Origin: Bythopirellula sp.
GTDB lineage: Bacteria; Planctomycetota; Planctomycetia; Pirellulales; Lacipirellulaceae
DNA length: 64,000 nt
Assembly (NCBI GenBank): GCA_965216565.1
Contig: OZ244170.1
Location: 3,008,001 to 3,072,000, forward strand
Direction: 5' to 3'
This document shows, one piece after another, positions 1 to 12,407 of this stretch. Below the pieces are notes generated by a model. It was given only the letters and a program-made list of their open reading frames with translations. It did not search any database and was not told the origin of the DNA. Made by a program: the position numbers and the translations under genes. The first letter of the stretch is position 1; every line of letters begins with the position of its first letter.

Positions 1-886
1 CCAAGGTGCCATCCTTGCTGCTCAGCCCTTTCACCAACAGCGCCCCTTCGCCGAGCAGTTCGCTGAGGTTATCTACGCTCTCCTCAATGTTCTCGACAAT
101 CTCTGGTCCACGCTCGCCAAACGGCTCGGTGAACCCTTGCAGATTCACGAGGTTCTGATCCGCTGCTGCTAGGGCACCTTCCAAAGCCGCCAGTAGTTCT
201 TTGGCATCGGAAACTAAAGATGGCAACTCGGCCAGACCCTGTTTCAGATCGCGTTTGAATTTTTCGTCGCCTACGACTTCCTCGACGTCGATCATCACAC
301 GGCTAAACGAAGCCATCGCCACTTCGGTGTTATCGACCAGGCGAGATATCCGCTGCGTGTCCTGACCACCAGCAATCTCGTTCATCGTATGGGCCAGTTG
401 CGCCACTTCTTCGCCGGCGGCGCCGAGTGAGACGATTGTTTCCTTCAAATCACCTTGCAGGTTGGCAATGAGGTCCAGCGGCGTGGGATTGTATGTGCCG
501 GGAACCGTTGTGTTCGGAGCCACCGGTTGCGCGTTGACGGCGGGTGCCGCGGGAGAGAACTCGATCACCGCATCGCCGATGAGAGAAGTTTGAATGCGCG
601 CCCGCTCATTGGTTTTGATTGCCTTGCCTTCATCAATGTTGAGCGAAATTAAAGCGCCTTGGTCGGTATCCTGCACTTCTCCGACACGCCCAATTAGCAC
701 ACCGCGCCGGCGCACAGGCGTATTGGGCGCCACACCAGGCGCTTGATCGACCAACAATTGGAGCTGATATTGATCGCGGAACGGCGACCAAGAGAAGTCG
801 CTGCTCATCGCCAGCAAGATCACGACTATGATTGGCGTAGCCACAACGACGACTGCCACGCTGAATTGTTTTCTTCTATCTTCCAT
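1..886 (-). CDS. mlaD: MlaD/MCE family substrate-binding protein (3' end runs off the window)
   Basis: Not in the ORF track. Manual translation from ATG at 886: MEDRRKQFSVAVVVVATPIIVVILLAM...QAPGVAPNTPVRRRGVLIGRV...IQTSLIGDAVIEFSP, an N-terminal TM helix plus MCE motif. Lies downstream of mlaE and mlaF. Confidence 0.85.
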   Translation of the reverse strand, partial: MEDRRKQFSVAVVVVATPIIVVILLAMSSDFSWSPFRDQYQLQLLVDQAPGVAPNTPVRRRGVLIGRVGEVQDTDQGALISLNIDEGKAIKTNERARIQTSLIGDAVIEFSPAAPAVNAQPVAPNTTVPGTYNPTPLDLIANLQGDLKETIVSLGAAGEEVAQLAHTMNEIAGGQDTQRISRLVDNTEVAMASFSRVMIDVEEVVGDEKFKRDLKQGLAELPSLVSDAKELLAALEGALAAADQNLVNLQGFTEPFGERGPEIVENIEESVDNLSELLGEGALLVKGLSSKDGTL

Positions 887-946
887 GATTTTGTCAGTTG
901 TTGGTTGTCGATTGTAAGTCGTTAGTCATTAGTGGCAACTAGCTGA

Positions 947-1050
947 GGATCGGCTCAAAAACAACTTCATCTTCTAGTCCCTCTCCCCTGTGGGGAGAGG
1001 TTAGGTGAGGGGTTTTGAGTGATATCTCGAAGTTGTTTTTGAGCCGATCC
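947..1050. repeat. Composite REP/MITE-like element: perfect 22-bp inverted arms around a CCCTCTCCCCTGTGGGGAGAGG core
   Basis: GGATCGGCTCAAAAACAACTTC (947-968) and its exact reverse complement (1029-1050). Core 977-1012 matches 26007-26042 at 34/36. Confidence 0.8.
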
Positions 1051-1104
1051 GCAAGGCACAGCTCCATCCTGATCCCTCACACTTCAACATTCACACTTCA
1101 TACT

Positions 1105-1911
1105 TCAAACTTCCATCTTATCAGCCATTTCCATCAGCCGATCGCCTGCCTCTCCCTTCACAAACTGCGAGACTCTGCGATCGTCGGAGTGGTCTATATC
1201 CTCCGGCAAACCGTCAAACAGCATTTGTGATTCGTTGTCTTCCAAGCGTGTAAGCGGATAGAGCATGACCACGCGGTCCGCCACTTTGTGGGCGGTCTTC
1301 ATATCGTGTGTCACAATGATGCTTGTCACGGGATTGCTGCTCCGCGTATGCATCATTAGTTCGTTGATCACATCACTGACGATGGGATCGAGCCCAGTCG
1401 TCGGTTCGTCGTAGAGCAACACTTCCGGTTTCATCACCAAGGCCCGCGCCAAACCGACGCGTTTGCGCATTCCTCCAGAAAGCTCGGCTGGGTGTTTTTT
1501 TAAGACACTCTGCGGAAGACCTACCTCAGCCAGTATCTCCAGCATTTTCTGACGATGGGCGTTTCGGTCTTTGCCCCGATGTTGCACGAGTGGGAACATA
1601 ATATTGTCGGCCACCGTCATACTGTCGAACAGCGCCGCATTTTGAAACACGAAGCCAAATCGCGTCCGCTGCTGGGCGAGTTCATGCTCGGGAAGTTGGT
1701 CCATGCGTTGGTTATCGAACTCCACAAACCCTTTGGTCGGGGTAACCAGTCCGATCATCGTCTTCAGCAATACCGTCTTGCCACAGCCGCTCTCGCCGAT
1801 GATGGCCAGCGTCTCTCCGCGCGGAATCTCCAAGTCGATATCGCGCAGCACCTGCTGGCGTCCAAAGCGGATGTGCAAGTGGTTCACTTTGATAATCGGC
1901 TTGTCTGCCAT
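1105..1911 (-). CDS. mlaF: ABC transporter ATP-binding protein, MlaF/Mkl family
   Basis: Walker A GESGCGKT, LSGGMRKRVGLARAL signature, LLYDEPTTGLDP; located between mlaE and mlaD. Confidence 0.92.
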   Translation of the reverse strand: MADKPIIKVNHLHIRFGRQQVLRDIDLEIPRGETLAIIGESGCGKTVLLKTMIGLVTPTKGFVEFDNQRMDQLPEHELAQQRTRFGFVFQNAALFDSMTVADNIMFPLVQHRGKDRNAHRQKMLEILAEVGLPQSVLKKHPAELSGGMRKRVGLARALVMKPEVLLYDEPTTGLDPIVSDVINELMMHTRSSNPVTSIIVTHDMKTAHKVADRVVMLYPLTRLEDNESQMLFDGLPEDIDHSDDRRVSQFVKGEAGDRLMEMADKMEV

Positions 1912-1926
1912 GAAATTGCCGCCTTG

Positions 1927-2805
1927 CTAGCCCAACATCGTGGTCATACTGTACGGCCAGATCGCCGAGTAGATACGGTCCATGATTATGCTGAGGAACA
2001 GGTCCAAAATAATAATCAGCACAAACGATTGCACAAAAGCAGTCGTGGCGGCGCTCCCTACGCCCTCGGCACCCGGTTCACAGTGAAACCCTCGATAGCA
2101 ACTCACCAGTGCAATGGTCGCCCCAAAGAAGAAGCTCTTCATCACACCGTAAAACAGATCCCACTTCTCGACCAGCATGGCAGCATTGGAACTGTAATGC
2201 TGGGTATCGATATTAAGTACAAAGATGCAATAGACCGCCCCCCCCACCACACCCATGAACATGGCCATGATTGTCAGCGAGGGAATCAATAGCAGGCAAC
2301 TTAAGAATCGAGGAACCACAAGGTATTGGGTTGGGTTCGAGCCCATGCTCGCCAGCGCGTCGATTTGTTCGGTAACGCGCATCGTGCCAAGCTCCGCGGC
2401 AATGGCGCTCCCAACTCGGCCGGCTAGCATCGTCGCCGCCAATACCGGTCCCAGTTCGCGGAACATCGTTTTGTTGATGACGCCGCCTAATTGGGTTTCC
2501 ATTCCGAAGGCGCGAAACTGCGTATAAGATTGCACCGCCAGCACCATACCGATGAACGTCCCCGTGAGAGCCACCACCGGCAAACTCAGGACGCCAATCT
2601 GGTACATATTATCGAATAGCGTCTGGCGATTCGGCAGTCGTGTGACAAGCCACCGGAGCGTGTTCATCGTAAACAATGCCATGTCGCCAATGGTGTAAAA
2701 CCCATTGAGGATGTACTCGCCAAAGTTGGCCAGCGATTCGTACATACCGCGGAAGAGCCCCTGCCGAGGTCTTTGCTGGTACGGGGATTGCATAATTGAG
2801 GACAT
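1927..2805 (-). CDS. mlaE: MlaE family ABC permease
   Basis: RELGPVLAATMLAGRVGSAIAAELGTMRVTEQIDAL motif and GAEGVG..TT.AFV. Confidence 0.93.
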   Translation of the reverse strand: MSSIMQSPYQQRPRQGLFRGMYESLANFGEYILNGFYTIGDMALFTMNTLRWLVTRLPNRQTLFDNMYQIGVLSLPVVALTGTFIGMVLAVQSYTQFRAFGMETQLGGVINKTMFRELGPVLAATMLAGRVGSAIAAELGTMRVTEQIDALASMGSNPTQYLVVPRFLSCLLLIPSLTIMAMFMGVVGGAVYCIFVLNIDTQHYSSNAAMLVEKWDLFYGVMKSFFFGATIALVSCYRGFHCEPGAEGVGSAATTAFVQSFVLIIILDLFLSIIMDRIYSAIWPYSMTTMLG

Positions 2806-3019
2806 TGTTAATTTTCCGTTCGATGCTTGCTAAAGCGAGTAAACTCGGCATCGCGGCTAGCCGTTCATTTTGCGCGCAGAACTGCGCTGTTCTCTGTATT
2901 CGACCCAAGGAACCCTAACGCTTGAGCAAACTCGTCCGATCACGTTGAATTGTACGGTTGCGGAAAATGGGTAAGATGAGGCTCTGGTCGGTGAATTCCC
3001 TAGTTCTGCGAGATTTCCT

Positions 3020-3649
3020 TTGACCTTTCCCCGCGCGACTCGTCTTTCTCTTATGGGCCGGCTGGACTTCCAGCAAGCTGCCTCAGACGAAGTTCACCAC
3101 GATGCTATCCCCCGGGAAAGGGACTCCTCAGCAGTGGAAACGCTCCTCAAAGAGTCTCTGGGAGCTGTTTACCGCTACTGCTTGCGTTTGACGCAAGATC
3201 CCGAACAGGCGCTCGATTTAACCCAGGGGACGATGCTGCGGGCATGGCGAAGTCGGCAGATGCTGGCAAGTCCGAACTCGGCCCGACCCTGGCTACTAAA
3301 GATTGCCAGCAACTGTTGGAATGACCACCTACGTGGAAAACCTCGCCAACCCCAAACCCTAGTCGAGCCGCCCCACTGCCGACTCCTGGTCCCAGAAATA
3401 AAACTCGAACAACAAGAAGCAGTTCGCGAGGCTCTCGCAGCGCTCGACGAGTTGCCCGCACGTCAGAGACAAGTGATGTATCTCGTAACCATCGAACAGC
3501 TACCCCAGACGGAGGTCGCATACATCCTGCAGCTTTCGCCCTCGGCTGTGAAAGCCAACCTCTCGGCCGCTCGCAAACAACTGCGTGAGAAACTGAAACC
3601 AATTTACGAACAATTCTGTCAGCCTCGAACCTGTCCGACAAAAGAATGA
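3020..3649 (+). CDS. ECF-type RNA polymerase sigma factor (alternative start ATG 3053)
   Basis: Region 2 (VYRYCLRL..A.DL.Q...RAW...WL.KIA.N) and region 4 (LDELP.RQRQV....EVA..L.....VK..LS.AR). Confidence 0.88.
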   Translation: MTFPRATRLSLMGRLDFQQAASDEVHHDAIPRERDSSAVETLLKESLGAVYRYCLRLTQDPEQALDLTQGTMLRAWRSRQMLASPNSARPWLLKIASNCWNDHLRGKPRQPQTLVEPPHCRLLVPEIKLEQQEAVREALAALDELPARQRQVMYLVTIEQLPQTEVAYILQLSPSAVKANLSAARKQLREKLKPIYEQFCQPRTCPTKE

Positions 3650-4215
3650 TTCACTCCGACTGCCAACTCCTGGATGACTACCTCGATGATTATCTCGACG
3701 GTAAACTGTCGCCCATCGAGATGCGTCGCTTCACCCAGCATCTTGCCGACTGCGAGAACTGTCAGGAAGCGTTGGCCCAGCAACAATGGCTGGACCAGCT
3801 CTTGGTGCAGTCCAGTGATCTTGCCCCCTTGCCTGCCGAGTTGGCCACTATTTCGCTTAGCCCTCCACCGCGGCCTTTCCCATGGCCAGCGATTATGGCA
3901 ACGGCGCTTGCTGCGTCGTTGTTGCTCGCATTCTCCTTGTGGGACGGCCCAGCAAATGACGTACGCGATCCTCTTGCTCAAGAAACTGAGTCTACAGCAA
4001 CGGATGAGGCTCCGGACGAAGCCCTCGTGCAACTCGACGCACCGCAGGCACCGATCGCCACCTTTCTTGCCGAAGACGATGTGATTGTGGTGCCGGTGGA
4101 GAGCGATTCGCCGGAAGTCACGATCATTCAAGTCTACCCCACTGCCCAAGCCCGTAGCCGTTGGCGACGGGAGGCACTTTTGCACGCGAGTTTCGTATCT
4201 AATACCGGAGGTTAG
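3646..4215 (+). CDS. Anti-sigma factor with zf-HC2 (HxxxCxxC) and TM helix
   Basis: YLDGKLS.....F.QHLADCENC, then a hydrophobic helix; ATGA overlap with the sigma gene. Confidence 0.85.
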   Translation: MIHSDCQLLDDYLDDYLDGKLSPIEMRRFTQHLADCENCQEALAQQQWLDQLLVQSSDLAPLPAELATISLSPPPRPFPWPAIMATALAASLLLAFSLWDGPANDVRDPLAQETESTATDEAPDEALVQLDAPQAPIATFLAEDDVIVVPVESDSPEVTIIQVYPTAQARSRWRREALLHASFVSNTGG

Positions 4216-4217
4216 CC

Positions 4218-5795
4218 ATGACTCACTCTTATAGTCGTTTCATTTGCCTGAAGGCTCTTCCTACCATCTCGGCGATGCTGATCGTGGCAGCCATTGCCAG
4301 TCTCTGCCCTGCCCAAGGCTACACTGCTCCTGTCCAGCCAGTTGGACACACTCCTCCGGTACATCCAAGAATTGCGAAGGAACAACTCCAACTGCGGATC
4401 CTCGAAATAAAACTCGAAAGATTATTGGAAAAAGGCGTTACCGATGGCCAAGAATTTGAAAACATTGTGAACACAATTCAGACTCATCACGAGCGGCTAT
4501 ATAGCCTCTATGATGAGTTTCAAGCCAACCTGGACTTACAGGCAAAGCAGCCCAGAAGCCAGTCGTCGGAAAAGAAGTTGATCGAAGCAGAAGAAAAACA
4601 ACTCGAAGCTATTCTCAAAGACCATCAGCAGCACCGTGCCCAGTTGCAACAGCAGCTGCAGGCCATGCAGAAAGAACTCGAAGCGGCACACAAAGAATTG
4701 GAGCGATCTCGGAGGGACCTCACTGCTTCGAATCCTGAAAAGGAACTGAGAACCTCGATCTACAAAACAAAACATACAGATGCTTCGCGTGCAGCGGAAT
4801 TGCTCGATGAAGTTCTCGGGGACTCGGTACGAATCTCCGTCGACTCACGGACGAGCCACCTGCTGGTGAAGGCTGCCGATGAGGTGATGCAGTCAGTTTC
4901 GAGAATTCTGTCAGAGATCGATACCCCGGCGGAAGAACAACCTTCCAACCAGGCAGCCGAAAATGAGAGCCGTCTCCCGTCTAGCGCCATGCTGCGCGTC
5001 TTCTGGCTCAGCAGTGGTTCGCCAAACAAAGATGCTCCTTCGGCTGACAGGGTGCTACCGAAGTCAGTCTGCGATGGCTTGGTAAAAATCGGTATTTACA
5101 ACCCCCATCTCGTCTCGCAAGCCACCGTCTCCATGGCACTCATGAATGGGGAGAACAACTTCCGTTTGGGGGATATCCCTGTCAAGGTTTTTGGTCAGAA
5201 GCTTGATTTTCATGTTCACGGTGTGGCCGAGACAACTCGTTCTGGCAAGCTTGGGCTGCAACTCGAGAGTGTTGTGAGACGAACAGAAAACGTAGGTTTC
5301 GGTGGAGGTGGCGGCACGAAGTCGACGGTGGTCAATCAATTCTCCGGATCAATAGTCACGCCGCTCGATCACTATGTCATTCTTGGATCAACCAGTTACG
5401 CCACGGGTACCCGGCAAGACGACAGATTCGGTCGAGGCATGGGAGAATTGGGGGGTGGTATGGGGGGAGGATTTGGCGGAGAGTATGGTGGTGGTGAGTA
5501 TGGTAGGGGCGGAGGCTACGGAGGCGCGGGCGGCCGAGGCGGCGCAGGTGGACAAGGTGGCGCCGGTGGCCGAGGGGGCGCGGCGGGCGAAGCTGGTGAG
5601 TCCGGTCAAGACGGCGCGCCAGGCGCCGACGGGGCCCCTGGCGGTAGAGGTGGACGCGGCGGTGGAAGGTCTGCCAGAGATACCGCGAGACGAGCCGCCA
5701 ACGACGAACCTGAGGTCACACAATTCGCCTACGTCGTCCAGGTCGTAGCCGCGGAAACTTACGGGCCCGAAGAATCTAGTAGCGAATCTGAGTAA
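4218..5795 (+). CDS. Secreted protein with coiled coil, secretin-N (NolW-like) repeat and Gly-rich/collagen-like segment
   Basis: Signal peptide; IY.TKH.DA..A..LL....VRISVDSRTSHLLV.A......V..IL.EID.P resembles Secretin_N; Gly-rich tract near the C-terminus; third gene of the sigma operon. Confidence 0.65.
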   Translation: MTHSYSRFICLKALPTISAMLIVAAIASLCPAQGYTAPVQPVGHTPPVHPRIAKEQLQLRILEIKLERLLEKGVTDGQEFENIVNTIQTHHERLYSLYDEFQANLDLQAKQPRSQSSEKKLIEAEEKQLEAILKDHQQHRAQLQQQLQAMQKELEAAHKELERSRRDLTASNPEKELRTSIYKTKHTDASRAAELLDEVLGDSVRISVDSRTSHLLVKAADEVMQSVSRILSEIDTPAEEQPSNQAAENESRLPSSAMLRVFWLSSGSPNKDAPSADRVLPKSVCDGLVKIGIYNPHLVSQATVSMALMNGENNFRLGDIPVKVFGQKLDFHVHGVAETTRSGKLGLQLESVVRRTENVGFGGGGGTKSTVVNQFSGSIVTPLDHYVILGSTSYATGTRQDDRFGRGMGELGGGMGGGFGGEYGGGEYGRGGGYGGAGGRGGAGGQGGAGGRGGAAGEAGESGQDGAPGADGAPGGRGGRGGGRSARDTARRAANDEPEVTQFAYVVQVVAAETYGPEESSSESE

Positions 5796-5925
5796 CAGAG
5801 AAAGTTTTCAGTTCGTCTTTTAGCCGACGAGCTACGTTCGGCCAGCGATTCCTAGAATCGCGGCTATTGTTCGTTGCATAGAAGAGCGTACGGCGCATAG
5901 AAATAGAATAATATGCTGTGCATAT

Positions 5926-5955
5926 AAAAAGCCCTCGCCAATGGCGAGGGCTTTT
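5926..5955. terminator. Bidirectional intrinsic terminator between convergent genes
   Basis: AAAAAGCCCTCGCCA-A-TGGCGAGGGCTTTT hairpin with A and T tails. Confidence 0.85.
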
Positions 5956-5982
5956 ATGTTTCTCGTAATCAACTGTGGCCGA

Positions 5983-8556
<2,574 letters not shown>

Positions 8557-8608
8557 TCTCCCGTCGCGGTATCGGCATCGGACGAAAGCAGCGGCAGTTT
8601 CGGCACTG

Positions 8609-9286
8609 TCAGGCTGCCATTCGTCGGTTGGGTAATTCTGTTGTGGTGTCTGTTGTTTCTGTGTTCTCTGCTGTTACTGGCGGTGCGGCTTCGGAATCTG
8701 TTGTTTCCTCACGCTCCGCTGTCTCGCTTAATCCCTCTTTGAGCCGCAGTCGTTCGGCGGCAATCTCCTGCTGCCAATTCTCAGCAGCTTCCATTCGCTC
8801 TAACCGATCTAGCTGTCGCTCTGCTTCCTGCCAACGCTGCTGGTGCCGCCACAACGTGGCTAACATCAGACGTCCTTCAATGTCTCTAGCATTCTGCTTG
8901 AGTAGTTTGAGGAGCAATTGCTCCGCCGCCACCCAATCGCTTTCCAAGTATTTCTGCTGTGCTGTGCAGAACAATTGGTCCTGCTCTTGCCGACGTTTCG
9001 CCTTGGCAGGCGAGACGCTGACATCGTCTGTGTCTTCGGCAGCGGCTACTCGCTCCCAGCGGCTTTGCCACCAGGCAAGTAGCCACACGGTGACTAACGT
9101 TCCATAACCAATCGAGATCGCGTCGGTATCGATCCAATCGCGATAAACGAACGTGGCTAGCAACAACACGTTGGTCAATGTGGTAAATCCTACCGCCACT
9201 ACCAATCCTGCCCAAGACCCCCGCATCCACAGATGCGGCAACCCCGGCCAAAGATAGGCCGACCAATGCAATCTCCTCGTAGGCAC
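8609..9286 (-). CDS. Membrane protein with C-terminal TPR-like repeats
   Basis: Likely GTG start at 9286 with AAGGAAG upstream; LWPGLPHLW..G TM hairpin followed by TPR-like helices. Confidence 0.7.
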   Translation of the reverse strand: MPTRRLHWSAYLWPGLPHLWMRGSWAGLVVAVGFTTLTNVLLLATFVYRDWIDTDAISIGYGTLVTVWLLAWWQSRWERVAAAEDTDDVSVSPAKAKRRQEQDQLFCTAQQKYLESDWVAAEQLLLKLLKQNARDIEGRLMLATLWRHQQRWQEAERQLDRLERMEAAENWQQEIAAERLRLKEGLSETAEREETTDSEAAPPVTAENTETTDTTTELPNRRMAA

Positions 9287-9655
9287 GGTATCGCTTCCTT
9301 GCGGTGGTGCCAAGCTGCCTGGGAGGTAAAGCGTGTGCCTCCAAAGCGGCTTGAAAAGTCTAGCCCCTAGTAGTGTAGAATCAAGGCAACCGAAAGTGGG
9401 GCTTGGATTTACGGCTACCGAACTTGTTATCTGGTGCGCGGTTACCCCCGGTGGACGGCCCGCGTGATGCGACCTATCCATACGAGCGGACATTTCCCCA
9501 TACGGGACGATGAGAAGATAACGATAATAGGGGTTTCCGGCGAGGTCGATTTGGCTGCTTAATGTGCTGGGCACCCACAAAAAGTACGTCCTATCGCACC
9601 AAAAAATGCCGGCCTACGTCCATTTGCTAGCAAAATCCTGGTTCAGGCGATTGAA

Positions 9656-10726
9656 ATGCAGAAGGTAAATAGAATTCTCGATGCCGCAGCCAACCGGGCC
9701 AATGAAGGTCTGCGAGTGGTGGAAGACTACACGCGATTCGTGCTCGACGATGCCCACCTCACCAAGCTGCTCAAAGAACTACGGCACAACTTTGCTGAGG
9801 CACTCGCGGAGTTGCCCGCTGTGGAACGCCACGCCTCGCGCGACACTCAAGAAGACGTCGGCACCGCGATCAGCACTTCGGCAGAGAATTCTCGCCAGGA
9901 CACTTGGGCAGTTTGCCAGGCGAGCCTCGAACGAACCAAGCAATCGCTACGCAGCTTGGAAGAATTCAGCAAAGTCGATTCATCCAAACTTGCCGCCACT
10001 TTCGAACAACTCCGCTACCGACTCTACACCATCGAAAAAGCACTCAGCAAAACTACCAACAGCCGCTCGCGGCTGAGCGGAGCAAACCTCTGCGTACTGG
10101 TCGACGGCCGCGATTCTATCGAGAACTTCGGGCAACTGTGCGAATCGCTGATCGCGGCAGGCGTGGGCATGATCCAACTCCGCGACAAGGAGTTAGGAGA
10201 TCGGCAACTTGCAGAGCGCGGGCGGTTACTCGTCGAAACGACGAAGCATTTCGAAGCTTCAAATCCCTCCCTGCAAGCGAAGGGGACCACAGTAGTCATT
10301 ATCAACGACCGCCCCGACATCGCCGCGGCCATCGGTGCCGATGGTGTTCACCTGGGCCAGGATGATATGAGTGTGAAAGACGCTCGTGCTATCGTCGGAC
10401 CGCGCAAATTGATTGGCGTTTCCACACACAACATCGAGCAAGCCCGCGTTGCAGCGCTCGATGGTGCCGACTACCTGGGCGCAGGCCCTACGTTTCCCTC
10501 CACGACGAAACAGTTCGACGAATTCCCCGGCTTAGACTTTTTGTCGACGGTCGCCCAGGAGGTTCGTTTGCCCACTTTTGCCATTGGTGGCATCAGGCCC
10601 GACAATGTCGCCAAGGTGTTGGAAACCGGCATAAGATATATCGCCGTCAGCTCGGCGGTTTCGAGTGCGGCCAAACCGACAAGTGTAGTTGAGAACCTGT
10701 TGGCGGAAATCAACCGATATCTATGA
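9656..10726 (+). CDS. thiE: Thiamine-phosphate synthase, long (cyanobacterial-type) form
   Basis: N-terminal RILDA..NRA.EGLRVVED domain plus QLRDK, INDR.D.A, GVHLGQDD, GVSTH, AIGGI. Confidence 0.92.
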   Translation: MQKVNRILDAAANRANEGLRVVEDYTRFVLDDAHLTKLLKELRHNFAEALAELPAVERHASRDTQEDVGTAISTSAENSRQDTWAVCQASLERTKQSLRSLEEFSKVDSSKLAATFEQLRYRLYTIEKALSKTTNSRSRLSGANLCVLVDGRDSIENFGQLCESLIAAGVGMIQLRDKELGDRQLAERGRLLVETTKHFEASNPSLQAKGTTVVIINDRPDIAAAIGADGVHLGQDDMSVKDARAIVGPRKLIGVSTHNIEQARVAALDGADYLGAGPTFPSTTKQFDEFPGLDFLSTVAQEVRLPTFAIGGIRPDNVAKVLETGIRYIAVSSAVSSAAKPTSVVENLLAEINRYL

Positions 10727-10803
10727 CGGTGGGCGATCGGAGATCGGTCGGGTATGCTAAGGCGTTCCAAGTATTCCGAAATCAGTCCTCCGAAATCACA
10801 CTT

Positions 10804-11886
10804 ATGCTCCACGCAATTATCATGGCCGGCGGAACCGGCACCCGATTCTGGCCCGCCAGTCGCAATGCCACGCCTAAACAAATGTTGCCGCTAGTTGGAA
10901 AGTCATCCATGCTTCGGCAAACGGTTGGTCGCCTGGAGGGATTGGTGCCCCACGATCAAACTCTGATTGTCACCAACGAGCGCCTAGTCGACCCCATTCA
11001 AGAAGAGATTCCCTCGCTACCGGCCACCTGTCTGGTGGGCGAACCGTGTAAGCGCGACACCGCCCCGTGCATTGGCCTGGCGGCGCTACTCGTTAGCCGC
11101 AACGATCCCGACGCCACCATGGCCGTTATGCCGGCCGATCATGTCATTCGCTCAACTGATAGATTTCAAAAGGCCATCAAGCAAGCGGCCGAAATGGTCG
11201 ATCGCAAGCCACAGCAGATTGTTACCTTCGGCATCCGCCCCAACTACGCCGCCGAGATTTTTGGTTACATCCAACGCGGAGCCAAGATCGACTTCACCGG
11301 GGCGGTCGCCCCCACGTACACGGTGAAGAGTTTCGAAGAGAAGCCCGACGCGGCTACCGCCACCCAATATCTCGCCTCCGGCGATTACTATTGGAACTCG
11401 GGAATCTTCATTTGGAAGGCAAAGACCATTCTCGATGCACTGGCCGAGCGGCAACCGAAGATGCTCGATCATCTGCAGAAGATTAACGATGCCTGGGGCA
11501 CCGACGAACAAGCCGCCGTCCTCGAGCGCGAATTCACTGCCATCGAGGGCATCTCGATTGACTACGCCGTCATGGAAAATGCCCAGGACGTGGCCGTGAT
11601 CGAAGCTCCGTTTGATTGGGACGACCTGGGAAGTTGGCGATCGCTTTCTCGTTTGCTTGGCACTAACAAAGACGAGAACACCATCGTCGGCAAACACTTG
11701 GGCGTGGCCACCAGCAACTCCGTCATTCGCTCTGACGACGATCACCTAGTCGTCACCGTAGGCATGAAAGACTGCATTGTCGTTCACACGCCCGATGCAA
11801 CCTTAGTGGCAAACAAACATGACGAAGAATCCATTCGCGAGGTCGTCAAAGAGTTAGAAGCCCGCGGCTGGACTGAGCATTTATAG
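10804..11886 (+). CDS. manC: Mannose-1-phosphate guanylyltransferase
   Basis: IMAGGTGTRFWPASR...PKQ, EP..RDTAP, WNSG.F, SIDYAVME, WDDLGSW; ATG at 10804. Confidence 0.92.
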   Translation: MLHAIIMAGGTGTRFWPASRNATPKQMLPLVGKSSMLRQTVGRLEGLVPHDQTLIVTNERLVDPIQEEIPSLPATCLVGEPCKRDTAPCIGLAALLVSRNDPDATMAVMPADHVIRSTDRFQKAIKQAAEMVDRKPQQIVTFGIRPNYAAEIFGYIQRGAKIDFTGAVAPTYTVKSFEEKPDAATATQYLASGDYYWNSGIFIWKAKTILDALAERQPKMLDHLQKINDAWGTDEQAAVLEREFTAIEGISIDYAVMENAQDVAVIEAPFDWDDLGSWRSLSRLLGTNKDENTIVGKHLGVATSNSVIRSDDDHLVVTVGMKDCIVVHTPDATLVANKHDEESIREVVKELEARGWTEHL

Positions 11887-11930
11887 ACATTGGCGAGACG
11901 TGCTCCAGCACGTCGGGTTCGCTGTACACC

Positions 11931-12389
11931 ATGAGCACCAACAAGCCAGCACGTATCGCAGGAATCGATTACGGCACAGTCCGCATCGGCATTGCTCTTG
12001 CGGACTTGGAAGTCGGCATCGCGGGTCCCTACGAAACCTACACCCGCCGCAGCGAAGCAAAAGACGCCGAGTATTTTCGCCAATTGGCCCAACAAGAACG
12101 CCTCACGCGCCTAGTGGTCGGTCTACCGGTGCATTTGGATGGTCACGAGAGCCAAAAGTCTCGCGAAGCCAGAGCATTCGGCCAGTGGCTCACTGAGCTT
12201 ACCGGGCTACCCGTCGATTACTTCGACGAACGCTACTCCTCAGCTCAAGCGGAAGAAATTCTCCAAGGGGCGCAGCTCACGAAAAAACGCCGTCAGGAGC
12301 GGATCGATCAGCTTGCCGCGCAGATTATGCTTACTGCCTATTTAGAGTCGGGCGCCAAAGGGCAGAAGAACCCTGGCGGGATTGAATGA
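11931..12389 (+). CDS. ruvX: YqgF/RuvX pre-16S rRNA nuclease
   Basis: GIDYGTVRIGIA..D, VVGLP, FDERYSS, D..AA..ML..YL. Confidence 0.92.
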   Translation: MSTNKPARIAGIDYGTVRIGIALADLEVGIAGPYETYTRRSEAKDAEYFRQLAQQERLTRLVVGLPVHLDGHESQKSREARAFGQWLTELTGLPVDYFDERYSSAQAEEILQGAQLTKKRRQERIDQLAAQIMLTAYLESGAKGQKNPGGIE

Positions 12390-12407
12390 TCTCGATCTAG
12401 CGTGATG

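Noticed and set aside
9287..9580. N-terminal extension of the TPR protein in the ORF track
   Set aside because: A better GTG start with SD lies at 9286; the extension covers the divergent promoter region.
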